Assembly (NCBI GenBank): GCA_037045355.1
Contig: JBAOHO010000013.1
Span: forward strand, 271,443-335,442
DNA length: 64,000 nt
Direction of reading: 5' to 3'
Source: Candidatus Nanopelagicales bacterium
GTDB lineage: Bacteria; Actinomycetota; Actinomycetes; S36-B12; GCA-2699445
Position numbers and translations under genes: made by a program. Positions 9,108 to 18,744 of this stretch are shown here, piece after piece; the stretch's first letter is position 1, and the number at the start of each line of letters is the position of its first letter. The notes beneath the pieces were generated by a model. The model did no database searches and was not told where the DNA came from. It was given only the letters and a program-made list of their open reading frames with translations.

Positions 9108-10901
9108 ATGCTTCCCCCATGGCTTCGACGGACGAGTGCGCTCACCAGCGCTGCGTTCATGTGCGCTGCTGTCGCCGTCGCGCCCAGTTCGGCCGTGGAG
9201 GTGGACCCCGTCGCTGAGGCTGCCGCGCGATCACAGGAGATGACCGAGGGGCTGGCTCCGCTTCTTGAGGCAGTTGAGGCTGCGCGGAACAAGCGCATTG
9301 CCGCCGACCGCAAGTACGACGAGTCTGTGGCCGCACTGAAGCGCGCCCAGGCGCAGGTGGTCGGGCAGCAGGGCGAAGTCGGTGTCGCTCGCGATGTCGT
9401 TGGCTCGTACGCTCGTGCTGCCTACCGGTCGGGGCCGTCGGAGTTGGCCTTCCTCGCTGGACTTCTCGATGCCGAATCGCCGACGGACCTGATGCGTCGA
9501 GCCGACACCGCCGAGCGCGTGGGCACGCGCAAGGACAGCGAGTACGACTCCGCGCGGCAGGTGTTGGCGAGGGCCCAGGAGGTCGCCGCCCAGGCGGTGA
9601 CTGCTCGAGACCGCGCGTCCGAGGCTGCTCAGCAGGCCGCAGCCGCCGAGGCTGACGCACTGGCCAAGGTCAGCGACTACACCAGCAAGTGGGCTGACAG
9701 CCTTGCTGCCGGCGGGGGCGGTGGAACCGATCAGGATGCGGCCAACAGCGCTGCTGCGTCCGCGTGGGCTGCCTGGCTCAACCGACCCGAGGCCAAGGGT
9801 GCTCCCACGATCACGGCTGAGATGGTGCGCACCGGCAAGGATCTTCCCGAGGGTGTCCGCGTCAAGAAGAAGAAGCTGCCAGGTGTCGCGTTGTGGACGC
9901 CGCCGACCGAAACGACCGCCGACAAGAAGGCCCCGAAGACCGTGGTCCTGCTGCCGGACCGGACTGTGCAGATGACCACATACGCGATCTCGCGTATGGG
10001 AGCGGCCTACAAGTGGCGCACGAACACCCACGATGCGATGGACTGCTCTGCGCTGGTCGATCGTGGCTGGGCCATTCCCGCCGCCGGAGCCGCAGCCGCC
10101 GCGGCCGATCGCAGCGAGGTCCCCAGCGGTGTCCCAGGTCTCGCAGGCCGCATGAAGTTGGTGGACACGGACACGGTCCTTCCCGGTGACGTCATCTTCT
10201 ATGTCGATGGAGACCATGGGGTCAACCACGCCGGGATCGCCGTCAGTGCGGACACGATGATCGCGTCAGAGCCATTGACCGGGGGCGTCAACGCCGTCCG
10301 GATCAACCCCGATCGGCTGTGGCAGGTGGGGCGACCCGCCATGGGATTCAAGAACGACAAGGCCACTGCCAAGCGCTTGTCGCGCGGCGCAGTCCCCATG
10401 GCCACCGGTCAAGCGTGGCAGTGTGGGGTGGATCCTGAGGAACTCGCGTTCCTGTCGCCCGGGGGTCGTTGGTTCTTCCCGACTGACGATGAGGACTGGC
10501 GCACGGAACGCATCAACCCGGGCACCGAACCGGGAATGCGGATGCACCCCGTCCTGGGCTATGCCCGGTGCCACGACGGGTGGGACACCGGCGATGGGAT
10601 GGGTGACCCGATCGTCGCGGTCGCGGACGGTATCGCCGTGCTGTCGCCGAACAACGGCGGCGCTGGGAACATGATCACCATCAGTCATGGCGACGGTGTC
10701 GAATCGGTGTACATGCATCTGTCGGAGTTCGCACCTGGCATCAATGGCACGCTCGTGCGCCGCGGTCAGTTGATCGGCAAGGTGGGTACCACCGGCTTGT
10801 CGTCGGGACCCCACCTGCATTTCCAGGTCAACGTCAATGGGCAGGCCGTCGACCCTCGCCACTTCTTCTACAACGATCCGATCAAGCCGGCCTGCAGCTG
10901 A
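9108..10901 (+). CDS. secreted coiled-coil NlpC/P60 + M23 bifunctional peptidoglycan hydrolase
   Basis: Signal peptide followed by an Ala/Glu/Arg-rich coiled-coil region. NlpC/P60 core: DCSALVDRGW, GDVIFY, HAGIAV. M23 core: HDGWD, SHGDGVESVYMHLS, GPHLHFQV. Confidence 0.8.
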   Translation: MLPPWLRRTSALTSAAFMCAAVAVAPSSAVEVDPVAEAAARSQEMTEGLAPLLEAVEAARNKRIAADRKYDESVAALKRAQAQVVGQQGEVGVARDVVGSYARAAYRSGPSELAFLAGLLDAESPTDLMRRADTAERVGTRKDSEYDSARQVLARAQEVAAQAVTARDRASEAAQQAAAAEADALAKVSDYTSKWADSLAAGGGGGTDQDAANSAAASAWAAWLNRPEAKGAPTITAEMVRTGKDLPEGVRVKKKKLPGVALWTPPTETTADKKAPKTVVLLPDRTVQMTTYAISRMGAAYKWRTNTHDAMDCSALVDRGWAIPAAGAAAAAADRSEVPSGVPGLAGRMKLVDTDTVLPGDVIFYVDGDHGVNHAGIAVSADTMIASEPLTGGVNAVRINPDRLWQVGRPAMGFKNDKATAKRLSRGAVPMATGQAWQCGVDPEELAFLSPGGRWFFPTDDEDWRTERINPGTEPGMRMHPVLGYARCHDGWDTGDGMGDPIVAVADGIAVLSPNNGGAGNMITISHGDGVESVYMHLSEFAPGINGTLVRRGQLIGKVGTTGLSSGPHLHFQVNVNGQAVDPRHFFYNDPIKPACS

Positions 10902-10917
10902 CGGCAGAATCCAGTCC

Positions 10918-11814
10918 GTGACCCATCCGCCGCTGACCCGAGCGCGGGCCGAAGCGGTCGTGGTCGCACTGCTCCTCACCGGGTTTGCTCTGGCAGGATG
11001 CGGCGGGCAGTCGACGCAGCCGACCGCGCCCACCACCAGTCCGTGGTTCCCGCCCTCACCGACAGCGACTGCGAGTCTGAGTCCTTCTGGGACACTCACG
11101 CCCACTCCGGCGCGCACACGGGAACCACCGGACCTGAAGGGACAGACGCGCAATGCCATCGCTTTCGCGCCTCTGTCCGACCCCGAGGACATCACGGTGC
11201 TCGGCAGCGTGTCCGACTCTCGGGCTTGGTCCACGTCGAAAGTCCTGGTTGTGCTTGCCTACATCCAGACTCTGGCGGGAGGCGACCCGGACAATCTGAC
11301 CACCGAACAGCGCGATCTGATCGAGCTCGCGCTGACGGAGTCGGACATGGACGCCCTTCTGACGTTGCGTGCCCAGATTCCCGGCGGTTCGGGAGCTCCC
11401 ATGACTCAGATACTGCGTTCGATCGGCGACAAGGACACGACCGCCCCCGACATCCGGGAAGGACTCATGGAGTGGGGACTCCGTGACCAGGTCAAGTTCA
11501 TGGCAGCTCTTTCCGATGGCCGAGTGGTGTCGAAGAAGGCCAGCAAGTACGTACTCGCGAACATGAAGCCGGTGAAATCGGAGAGTTGGGGTCTGGGCAC
11601 CATCGGGGCCAGCGCCTTCAAAGGGGGCTGGCTCGAGCCCAGCACCGAGACCCGTCAGATGGGAATCGTCGGGGACTACGCGGTGGCGATCATTACCAAC
11701 GGGGTTGGCCCCGCCGAGCTACAGATCGACGGGGACTACGCGCACGTCAGGCAGATGAATCGGCTGGCGCGAATCCTCGAGAAGAATCTGGCCGCCGACC
11801 AGGCCGCGAGATAG
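10918..11814 (+). CDS. lipoprotein, class A beta-lactamase-like serine hydrolase
   Basis: GTG at 10918 gives ...LLLTGFALAGCGG (lipobox). The STSK (SxxK) motif is present. Confidence 0.6.
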   Translation: MTHPPLTRARAEAVVVALLLTGFALAGCGGQSTQPTAPTTSPWFPPSPTATASLSPSGTLTPTPARTREPPDLKGQTRNAIAFAPLSDPEDITVLGSVSDSRAWSTSKVLVVLAYIQTLAGGDPDNLTTEQRDLIELALTESDMDALLTLRAQIPGGSGAPMTQILRSIGDKDTTAPDIREGLMEWGLRDQVKFMAALSDGRVVSKKASKYVLANMKPVKSESWGLGTIGASAFKGGWLEPSTETRQMGIVGDYAVAIITNGVGPAELQIDGDYAHVRQMNRLARILEKNLAADQAAR

Positions 11815-11855
11815 CGGCGCTGATCGACGGCCAGACTCTGAGACCGGACGAATGG

Positions 11856-12275
11856 TCAGTCGGCGAATTGCCAGAACTTCACGTAGATCTCCGTGGCGGT
11901 GTCAGCGCCGCGGAACTCGCACTCCCACTTGGTCTTCGCGCCCGTGGGCTTCTGTCGCTTGATCTTGGTGACCTCGCAGCGGTAACCCTGGATGTTGGCC
12001 TTCGTGCCCACCACCGAGTCGATCTTGATGGTCTTGCGGGTGACCTTGCGCATGGTGCCGCAGGACACCATGTCCTCGTAGGCCTTGGCGATCTCGCTTC
12101 CGGCCAGGTCGACGAGCGGACTCACGCCGAAGTTCTCGACGCCATAACACTGCACGGCGATGTCCTTGATCGTCGTGTCCTTGTCACTGATTGCGTTGGC
12201 TGGTGCGACGACGGCCACAGCGGGGACGAGTAGGGCAGCGCCCAGCGCTGCGGCTGTCAGGCGGTGACGGGTCAT
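11856..12275 (-). CDS. small secreted hypothetical protein
   Basis: 139 aa with signal peptide MTRHRLTAAALGAALLVPAVAVVAPANA and 4 Cys. Confidence 0.55.
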   Translation of the reverse strand: MTRHRLTAAALGAALLVPAVAVVAPANAISDKDTTIKDIAVQCYGVENFGVSPLVDLAGSEIAKAYEDMVSCGTMRKVTRKTIKIDSVVGTKANIQGYRCEVTKIKRQKPTGAKTKWECEFRGADTATEIYVKFWQFAD

Positions 12276-12592
12276 GAGTTACCTCCGGGGTTTCTTCTTG
12301 CTTGTGGGACGTACGATGTGGGCTCGACTGTAGCCAGTGGTCGGCGGGCAATCGGGCAGCGACTCGATATCTTTCGTGGCTGGCAGGAGTTCCTTCGAAT
12401 CCCCCCTTTCCCGTCTTTGTCTCGCTCCGGAATCAGGGCGTCACGGACCGTGTTTCCCGCGAATTCCGTCGACTGACCGAAATGCGGTTGTCCGCGAAGA
12501 CGGCCCCGAGGGGCCGATGAGGCCTATCTCACTTATGTCGCTGAAATGTTGAAATTGTGTCGCAAAGGCAAGAACCCTCTCTCGAGTACCTG

Positions 12593-12628
12593 CCCGACGA
12601 GAAGCCCGACGAGAAGCCCGACGAGAAG
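12593..12628. repeat. 12-bp tandem repeat x3 (cccgacgagaag)
   Basis: Direct reading. The array lies just upstream of the preferred start at 12644. If translated it reads PDEKPDEKPDEK. Confidence 0.9.
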
Positions 12629-12643
12629 GAAGTACCTGCAGCG

Positions 12644-13201
12644 ATGAACAGCGAGAGAGCGACGACGCGCGTGAGAGCGCTGACCGGATTGATCCTGGCG
12701 CTCGGCGTCATGTTCGCCGGCCTGATGACCACGACCACCGCAGCCAACGCGGCGGTAGCGGCCCCGACCGCCTCCAAGAAGCAGATCAAGGCCAAGGCGG
12801 CAAAGCCGTTCTTCAATGGCTGCAAGAAGACCGGCCGCTTCAACGAGCGCCGGTTCGACTTCGACGTCGACGCCGTCATGGCCGGCCGGTGCATCGTGCA
12901 TCGGGTCCGCGGGATCGAACTCGTCAGCTCCTACCGTGGGCACATGCCCCGGGCGGAGAAGGCGATCGATGTCATGGTGAACATGAAGGGCAGTTGTAAG
13001 GCGGGCCGCAAGAGCGGCAACATCGCGGCTCGATACTTCATGAACAACGCGAAGAAGCACGGTATCCGCTACATCATCTGGAAGAACTCCTATTGGGCGT
13101 CCTCCAGCAAGCCGACCAAGTGGAAGAACTGGCGCCACGGCATGGCCAGTGGCAGTTGCACCACCAAGCACTTCGACCACGTGCACGTGTCGTTCAAGTG
13201 A
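12644..13201 (+). CDS. secreted LAS-type (M15-like) zinc peptidase candidate
   Basis: ATG at 12644 follows GAAGGAAG. It has a signal/TM segment, an H...AID segment (RGHMPRAEKAIDVMV) and a terminal HFDHVHVSF. The same HxDHVHxSF signature occurs in the 59993 gene. Confidence 0.55.
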   Translation: MNSERATTRVRALTGLILALGVMFAGLMTTTTAANAAVAAPTASKKQIKAKAAKPFFNGCKKTGRFNERRFDFDVDAVMAGRCIVHRVRGIELVSSYRGHMPRAEKAIDVMVNMKGSCKAGRKSGNIAARYFMNNAKKHGIRYIIWKNSYWASSSKPTKWKNWRHGMASGSCTTKHFDHVHVSFK

Positions 13202-13254
13202 CATCAGGCAACTGACACGCGGCAACTGACATCAGCGGGCTCGAACCCGCAGCA

Positions 13255-13292
13255 GACGAGGGGCGGTACCGGTCGCGGTACCGCCCCTCGTC
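13255..13292 (+). terminator. intrinsic terminator-like hairpin
   Basis: gacgaggggcggtacc ggtcgc ggtaccgcccctcgtc forms a perfect 16-bp GC-rich stem, followed by gcgtagttt. Confidence 0.55.
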
Positions 13293-13307
13293 GCGTAGTT
13301 TCCCCTC

Positions 13308-14174
13308 ATGTGCAGGCTGTTCGGACTCCACGCCGGCGGGCATGAGGTCCACGCCTCCTACTGGCTGGTCGATGCGCCAGACAGCGTCCTGGTCGAAAGC
13401 CACCGAAACCCCGACGGCGCCGGAATCGGTTGGTGTGAATCGCGCGGTGACTGCCACGTCGTGAAGTGGGGAAGAGCCGCCTACCGCTCGGCGCAGTTCG
13501 AGCGAACCGCTCAGAGCGTGACCGCGAACACCGTGGTGACCCACGTGCGGGCGGCCACCACCGGGTCGGACAGCAAACGCAACAGCCACCCGTTCCTCAT
13601 CGAGGACCGCCTCGTGGCCCACAACGGAGGCTTCGGGGATCTGCCGGCTGTCGAGCGCCGGCTCGGCGACTACCTCCGTTTCGTTCACGGGGACACCGAC
13701 TCGGAGCGATTCGCGGCCCTGATTGCGATGGAATCCGATCGGCACGGCGATGTCACAACGGGCATCACAGCTGCGGCTCAATGGCTCGCCACCAACGTCC
13801 CGCTCTACTCCCTGAACATCGTGGTGACCGCTCCGGGCCACCTGTGGGCCTTGCGCTACCCCGATCAACGGGCTCTGCATATCGCTTCGCGCGTGGTCAC
13901 GGCCAAGACGGACGATCAGGACTCCGATGCCGGTTGGCATGGATCCTCAGCGGTTGCCCGGCACGACTTCACCACGAGCGGCCCCGACTCCGTGCCCATC
14001 GTGGTCCTGGCCAGTGAGCGGATCGACGGGTCCTCCGACTGGCGGATGCTCGATCCGGGCGAACTGGTGCATGTCGGCCCCGATCTGCAGATCACGTCCA
14101 CGACCGCGGTGCCCGCAGCCCCGGCCCACTTCCACCTCCCCGCAGGCGTGGACCACAACGACGACAGTGACTGA
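13308..14174 (+). CDS. class II (Ntn) glutamine amidotransferase family protein
   Basis: N-terminal MCRLFG places the nucleophile Cys at position 2. HVRAATTG and HNGG blocks are present. Confidence 0.75.
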   Translation: MCRLFGLHAGGHEVHASYWLVDAPDSVLVESHRNPDGAGIGWCESRGDCHVVKWGRAAYRSAQFERTAQSVTANTVVTHVRAATTGSDSKRNSHPFLIEDRLVAHNGGFGDLPAVERRLGDYLRFVHGDTDSERFAALIAMESDRHGDVTTGITAAAQWLATNVPLYSLNIVVTAPGHLWALRYPDQRALHIASRVVTAKTDDQDSDAGWHGSSAVARHDFTTSGPDSVPIVVLASERIDGSSDWRMLDPGELVHVGPDLQITSTTAVPAAPAHFHLPAGVDHNDDSD

Positions 14175-14277
14175 TCGGGAACTGATCGAGGACTGATCGG
14201 GAACTGATCGAGGACTGATCGGGAACTGATCGAGGACTGATCGGGGGTTGATCGGGGGTTGATCGGGGGCTGATCGG
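14171..14277. repeat. 11-bp phased array, 10 copies of (c/t)TGATCG (22-bp super-unit in first six copies)
   Basis: Motif starts at 14171, 14182, 14193, 14204, 14215, 14226, 14237, 14248, 14259 and 14270, exactly 11 bp apart. The array begins in the upstream stop codon and ends 74 nt before the POT transporter start. Confidence 0.95.
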
Positions 14278-14350
14278 TATCGATCGACAAATGACCGGGC
14301 AACGGGGCGGCAACTGATCGGGGTTCCGGACAACAACTCTCGTCAGGACT

Positions 14351-15859
14351 ATGGTCGAGAACGTGGCTCAGACCGCCGTGCCCTCGCAGTTGGACGACAG
14401 GGGCTTCATGGGGCAGCCCCGTGCGCTGTCGACCCTCTTTTTCACCGAGATGTGGGAGCGCTTCTCCTACTACGGCATGCGCGCGCTGCTGGTGCTGTAC
14501 CTCACCGCTCCGCTGGTGTCGGACACCGGCTACGGCCCCGGGCTTGAGATCGACAAGGGCGACGCGATCGCCATCTACGGCGCGTACTCGGGACTCGTCT
14601 ATCTGACTCCGATAGCCGGCGGCTGGATCGCGGACCGGATCGTGGGTGCACGCCGCACCGTGTTGTACGGCGGCATCGTGATCGCCTTGGGCCACTACTG
14701 CATGGCGGTGCCGCTCGAGCCCACCTTCTGGGTGGGACTGCTCCTGATCGCTCTCGGTACCGGATTGCTGAAACCCAATATCTCCGCCATGGTGGGCGAC
14801 CTCTACAGCGAGACCGACACGCGCCGCGACGCCGGCTTCTCGCTGTTCTACATGGGCATCAACATCGGCAGTTTCGCGGCTCCCTTGGTCACCAGTTGGG
14901 CGGCTCAACAACGCGGGTTCCACTGGGGCTTCGCGATCGCCGGAATCGGCATGACTCTCGCAGTGATTCAGTATGTCCTCGGGTGGAAGCGACTCCATGG
15001 TGTCGGCGTCAAGGCTCCCGACCCGGCGAACGCAGCGGACCGAAACCGTTTCCTCATGATCCTGGTGGGGGCGCTGGTCTTCATCGGTGCCTTGGCCCTG
15101 GCGATGAGTCGGTTCACCGAGGGGTCCATTTTCGACGATGTGGCCACGGCCATCACGATCTTCATCCTCATCGTGCCCTTCGTCTACTTCACACAGTTGT
15201 TCCGGCGCAAGGACTACACCGAACGGGAGCGGGCGCACGTGCGCGCATTCGTGTGGATCTTCGTGGCGGCTGCCGCGTTCTGGATGGTGTTCGAGCAGTC
15301 GGGTTCCACCTTGACTCTGTTCGCCGAGGACGTCACCGATCTGACGTTCGGAACCTGGGAGATGCCGGTCGGCTGGCTTCAGTCGGCAAACCCGCTGTTC
15401 ATCATCATCTTCGCCCCGATCTTCGCCGCGCTGTGGACCAAGTTGGCCGACCGGGCACCCAGAACGTCGATCAAGTTCGCCATCGCTTTGGTGGGTGTCG
15501 GGATCTCGGTTCTGATGCTGGTGATCCCCATGTCGGCGTTCCAGAACTCCGGTGCCCAGGCTGCGCTGTACTGGATCCTGGGCACGTACCTGCTCCAGAC
15601 CTGGGCGGAGTTGCTGTTGTCACCCACGGGCTTGTCGGCTACCAGCAAACTCGCCCCAGAGGGTGCCAGCGGGCAGATGCTGGCTCTGTGGTTCGTGGCC
15701 ACCTCCGTGGGCACCAGCATCGGTGGTCAGATCGGCAAGTTCACCGCCGACAACCCGGTCAATACTTTCCTGCTCAGTGCGGCAATCCCCATGGCGATTG
15801 CGGTTGTGCTCTTCATCTTCCACAGAGTTGTCAATCGAAGTATGGATCCGGTCCACTGA
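14351..15859 (+). CDS. POT/PTR2-family di-/tripeptide:proton symporter
   Basis: FFTEMWERFSYYGMRALLVLYL signature, polytopic, 502 aa. Confidence 0.9.
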   Translation: MVENVAQTAVPSQLDDRGFMGQPRALSTLFFTEMWERFSYYGMRALLVLYLTAPLVSDTGYGPGLEIDKGDAIAIYGAYSGLVYLTPIAGGWIADRIVGARRTVLYGGIVIALGHYCMAVPLEPTFWVGLLLIALGTGLLKPNISAMVGDLYSETDTRRDAGFSLFYMGINIGSFAAPLVTSWAAQQRGFHWGFAIAGIGMTLAVIQYVLGWKRLHGVGVKAPDPANAADRNRFLMILVGALVFIGALALAMSRFTEGSIFDDVATAITIFILIVPFVYFTQLFRRKDYTERERAHVRAFVWIFVAAAAFWMVFEQSGSTLTLFAEDVTDLTFGTWEMPVGWLQSANPLFIIIFAPIFAALWTKLADRAPRTSIKFAIALVGVGISVLMLVIPMSAFQNSGAQAALYWILGTYLLQTWAELLLSPTGLSATSKLAPEGASGQMLALWFVATSVGTSIGGQIGKFTADNPVNTFLLSAAIPMAIAVVLFIFHRVVNRSMDPVH

Positions 15860-15865
15860 TCGAGG

Positions 15866-16615
15866 TCAGTTCCCCAGCAAAGCGGCAACGGCGCCGGTCA
15901 GCAGCGGAGCAACCAGCAACGCCGGGAGCAGGTCGCCCACGGGAGTGGCGCGAACGTTCATCAGTCGCAGCCCGATGCCCAGCAGAAGCACTCCACCCGT
16001 GGCCGTGATGGAGGCAATGAGGGCATCAGGCAGGAACGATCCGAGCGCGACTCCGAGAACAGTGACGACGCCCTGGTAGACGGCCACCACCACCGCCGAA
16101 ACAGCCACCCCCCAGCCCAGTGTTGCGGCGAACGCCAACGCCGCGAACATGTCGAGCGCGGACTTCAGTACCAGTTGATCGATCCCCAGCCCCAGCCCGT
16201 CACTGAGCGCGCCAAGGATTGCCAGGGGCCCGATGCAGAACAACAGCGAGGCCGTCACGAAACCCTCGATGAACCGTTCCCGGGATTCGGAGGTGTCACC
16301 GGTCGAGAGTTTCCTTTGTAGCCAGCCCCCCAGTGATTCGAGACGCTGCTCCACTCGAAGCAAGGATCCCGCCACCCCACCGATCAACAGCGCGGCCAGC
16401 ACGATCATGAGAGTCCAACTGCTGCCGACCGCCGCTACGAACGAGTCGTCGGTGATCGCCACGATGTTGACCGCACCCACCACCAACGTGACGAGGCCGA
16501 GAGCGTCCGTGACGGTATCTCTGGTCCGTTGGGGCAGGCGATGACCGACTGCGACTCCGACCCCTGCTCCCACAACGATGGCGACGACGTTGATCAGCGT
16601 CCCGAGGCCCGGCAT
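15866..16615 (-). CDS. DUF554-family membrane protein
   Basis: MPGLGTLINVVAIVVGAGVGVAVGHRLPQR N-terminus and a glycine-rich polytopic profile typical of DUF554/YdfK. Confidence 0.7.
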   Translation of the reverse strand: MPGLGTLINVVAIVVGAGVGVAVGHRLPQRTRDTVTDALGLVTLVVGAVNIVAITDDSFVAAVGSSWTLMIVLAALLIGGVAGSLLRVEQRLESLGGWLQRKLSTGDTSESRERFIEGFVTASLLFCIGPLAILGALSDGLGLGIDQLVLKSALDMFAALAFAATLGWGVAVSAVVVAVYQGVVTVLGVALGSFLPDALIASITATGGVLLLGIGLRLMNVRATPVGDLLPALLVAPLLTGAVAALLGN

Positions 16616-16690
16616 GTCTCGACTGTAGTGGCGCCGCTGAGGCCTCTCTGGCCCGCCCGTACCGGCCGCCGCACCCGGACGACTTGGGGA

Positions 16691-16750
16691 TCTCGGGGCC
16701 GGGTGTCGGGTCTCCGGGGCCGGGTGTCGGGTCTCCGGGGCGGGTGTCGG
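16691..16750. repeat. about 21-bp tandem repeat, about 3 copies (tctccggggccgggtgtcggg)
   Basis: Direct reading gives copies of 20, 21 and about 19 nt in the divergent intergenic region. Confidence 0.85.
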
Positions 16751-16911
16751 AATGGTCTCGCTTTCGTCTCTCTCCGCCTGGGTGCCCTATGGTGGGGGAG
16801 CGGTCAACCCGTGACCGCCTTCCACGGACAGTTCGTCCGTGAGGTCCCGTCAGTGTTCTGAGTCAGATACTCATCACCTTCGCGGCCTTGACCGAATCGA
16901 AGGAATCTCTC

Positions 16912-18459
16912 ATGTCTTCACGTTCTGGTGCGCCGTCGCGCGCCCGCAATTCCCGTCCGACCCGCCGTCGCGGTCGAACCAGCTCCGCCGTTGCGAGGCG
17001 CGCTCCCTCGCCCTTGGAGACCGCCTTGGACGAATCGTCGCGCAGCAACTTCAGCGCCGTGGGCTTCGCCGACCTCGGCGTCCCCGCCCCGATGGTCTCC
17101 AGGTTGGCCGGGCAGGGGATCACGCAGCCCACAGAGGTCCAGTGCCGCACGTTGCCGGATGCTCTGGCAGGCCGCGACCTCCTGGGTCGTGCCCAGACAG
17201 GTTCCGGCAAGACCCTGGCTTTCGGTCTCCCCATCGTCGCCGAGTTGGCTCGCGACGACCGCCGGGCCGCGCCGGGTCATCCGCAAGCCCTGGTCCTGGC
17301 TCCGACTCGGGAGCTAGCGCAGCAGGTGGCCGACTCCATCGAAGGGATCGCGCGCGCTTACCGAATGTCGGTGCTTCCGATCTACGGAGGTGCATCCATG
17401 GACCGACAACTGAAGGCACTGCGACGAGGCGCCGACATCGTCGTCGCGACGCCTGGCCGCCTCGAGGATCACATGAAGCGGGGCACCTGTTCGCTGTCCA
17501 AGGTGCGTGTCTTCACCATCGATGAGGCCGACCACATGGCGGACCTCGGATTCTTGCCCGCAGTCACGCGCATCCTTCGGGCCATCCCGCACTCGGCCCA
17601 ACGTCTTCTGTTCTCGGCCACCCTGGACCGAGGCATCGAGCAGTTGGCGACCCAATACCTGCGCGACCCTGCAGTGCACGCAGCTGCGATCGACACGGAT
17701 GCTGCCGGCACGATGGAACACCGCGCCTTCACCGTGGCCAAGGAAGACAAGATCGACGTCGCCGCCACAGTTGCCCGGCGCCACGGCCGCACCCTGTTCT
17801 TCGTCCGCACCAAGCACGGCGCCGATCGCCTCGCCAAGCAACTGCACCAACGTGGCATCGAGTCGGGGTCGATCCACGGCAACCGCAGCCAGTCCCAGCG
17901 CCGGCGTGCCCTCGATGACTTCGCCAGCGGGCGTCGACCGGTCTTGGTGGCGACTGACGTTGCCGCTCGCGGCATCCATGTCGACGGAGTCGATCTGGTT
18001 GTCCACTTCGACCCACCAGGCGATCACAAGGACTATCTGCATCGCAGTGGCCGCACGGCCAGAGCTGGACGGGACGGACTCGTGTTGTCGCTCGTGCTGC
18101 CCCACGAACAGGCAGACCACGCTCGGATGCACCGCCAGACGATGTCGGACCACGAAGTGGTGCCGGTCGACCCCACCCATCCTCATGTGAGAGAACTCGC
18201 CACGGGCGGGACACCTGTGAAGTCGAAAAGTGCTCTCGTGCCTGACGGTCCAGCCCTTGAAGCCCACGCCCAAGGAGCCCGGGCCCAAGAAGCCCGGGCC
18301 TATGAGGCGAAGGCCCCAGTGGCTGGTGGCGGTGCCCGTCGCCCCAGAAGAGGTGGCCGCACCAGGGGGCGGAACCCATCGAACGCTCGTCCGAGCAGCA
18401 CATCGTCGAGACCGGCACGGCACGGCAATAGCTCTCCCCGCCCGGCTCCTCGCTCCTGA
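16912..18459 (+). CDS. DEAD-box ATP-dependent RNA helicase
   Basis: ATG at 16912 follows AAGGA. Motifs: AQTGSGKT, DEAD (TIDEADHM), SAT, HRSGRTARAG. Basic Arg/Ala-rich C-terminal tail. Confidence 0.9.
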   Translation: MSSRSGAPSRARNSRPTRRRGRTSSAVARRAPSPLETALDESSRSNFSAVGFADLGVPAPMVSRLAGQGITQPTEVQCRTLPDALAGRDLLGRAQTGSGKTLAFGLPIVAELARDDRRAAPGHPQALVLAPTRELAQQVADSIEGIARAYRMSVLPIYGGASMDRQLKALRRGADIVVATPGRLEDHMKRGTCSLSKVRVFTIDEADHMADLGFLPAVTRILRAIPHSAQRLLFSATLDRGIEQLATQYLRDPAVHAAAIDTDAAGTMEHRAFTVAKEDKIDVAATVARRHGRTLFFVRTKHGADRLAKQLHQRGIESGSIHGNRSQSQRRRALDDFASGRRPVLVATDVAARGIHVDGVDLVVHFDPPGDHKDYLHRSGRTARAGRDGLVLSLVLPHEQADHARMHRQTMSDHEVVPVDPTHPHVRELATGGTPVKSKSALVPDGPALEAHAQGARAQEARAYEAKAPVAGGGARRPRRGGRTRGRNPSNARPSSTSSRPARHGNSSPRPAPRS

Positions 18460-18744
18460 CACCGCGGCACCAGTGCCCCAGAAGGCGCGACGAGGTGCTC
18501 GCGGCGACACTACGATGAGGGCGGCCAGCCCACCCGACGAGGGAGCCGGTGAACTGCGCATGACCGACCTGTCCTATGGGGAGGAGTCCTCCCATCGTGA
18601 GGCGTCCTCCCCCGTCGACGCGTCCTCGCATCTCGACCCCTCGTGGTATCGCGCCGCTGCTGTTCGTGGCGGGGCCGTCCATCAGCGCGGGGGACACTCA
18701 CCCACGTTCCAGGTAGCAGAGGCCACGTGTGTGGGGTGCCAGTC

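Noticed and set aside
9231-10229. 332-codon minus-strand ORF
   Set aside because: It is antisense to the NlpC/P60-M23 gene.
13916-15238. 440-codon minus-strand ORF
   Set aside because: It is antisense to the POT transporter and the amidotransferase 3' end, and it runs through the 11-bp array.
17314-18561. 415-codon minus-strand ORF (also 17729-18697)
   Set aside because: It is antisense to the DEAD-box helicase gene, which carries all the helicase motifs. Its composition is low-complexity Arg/Gly/Pro.
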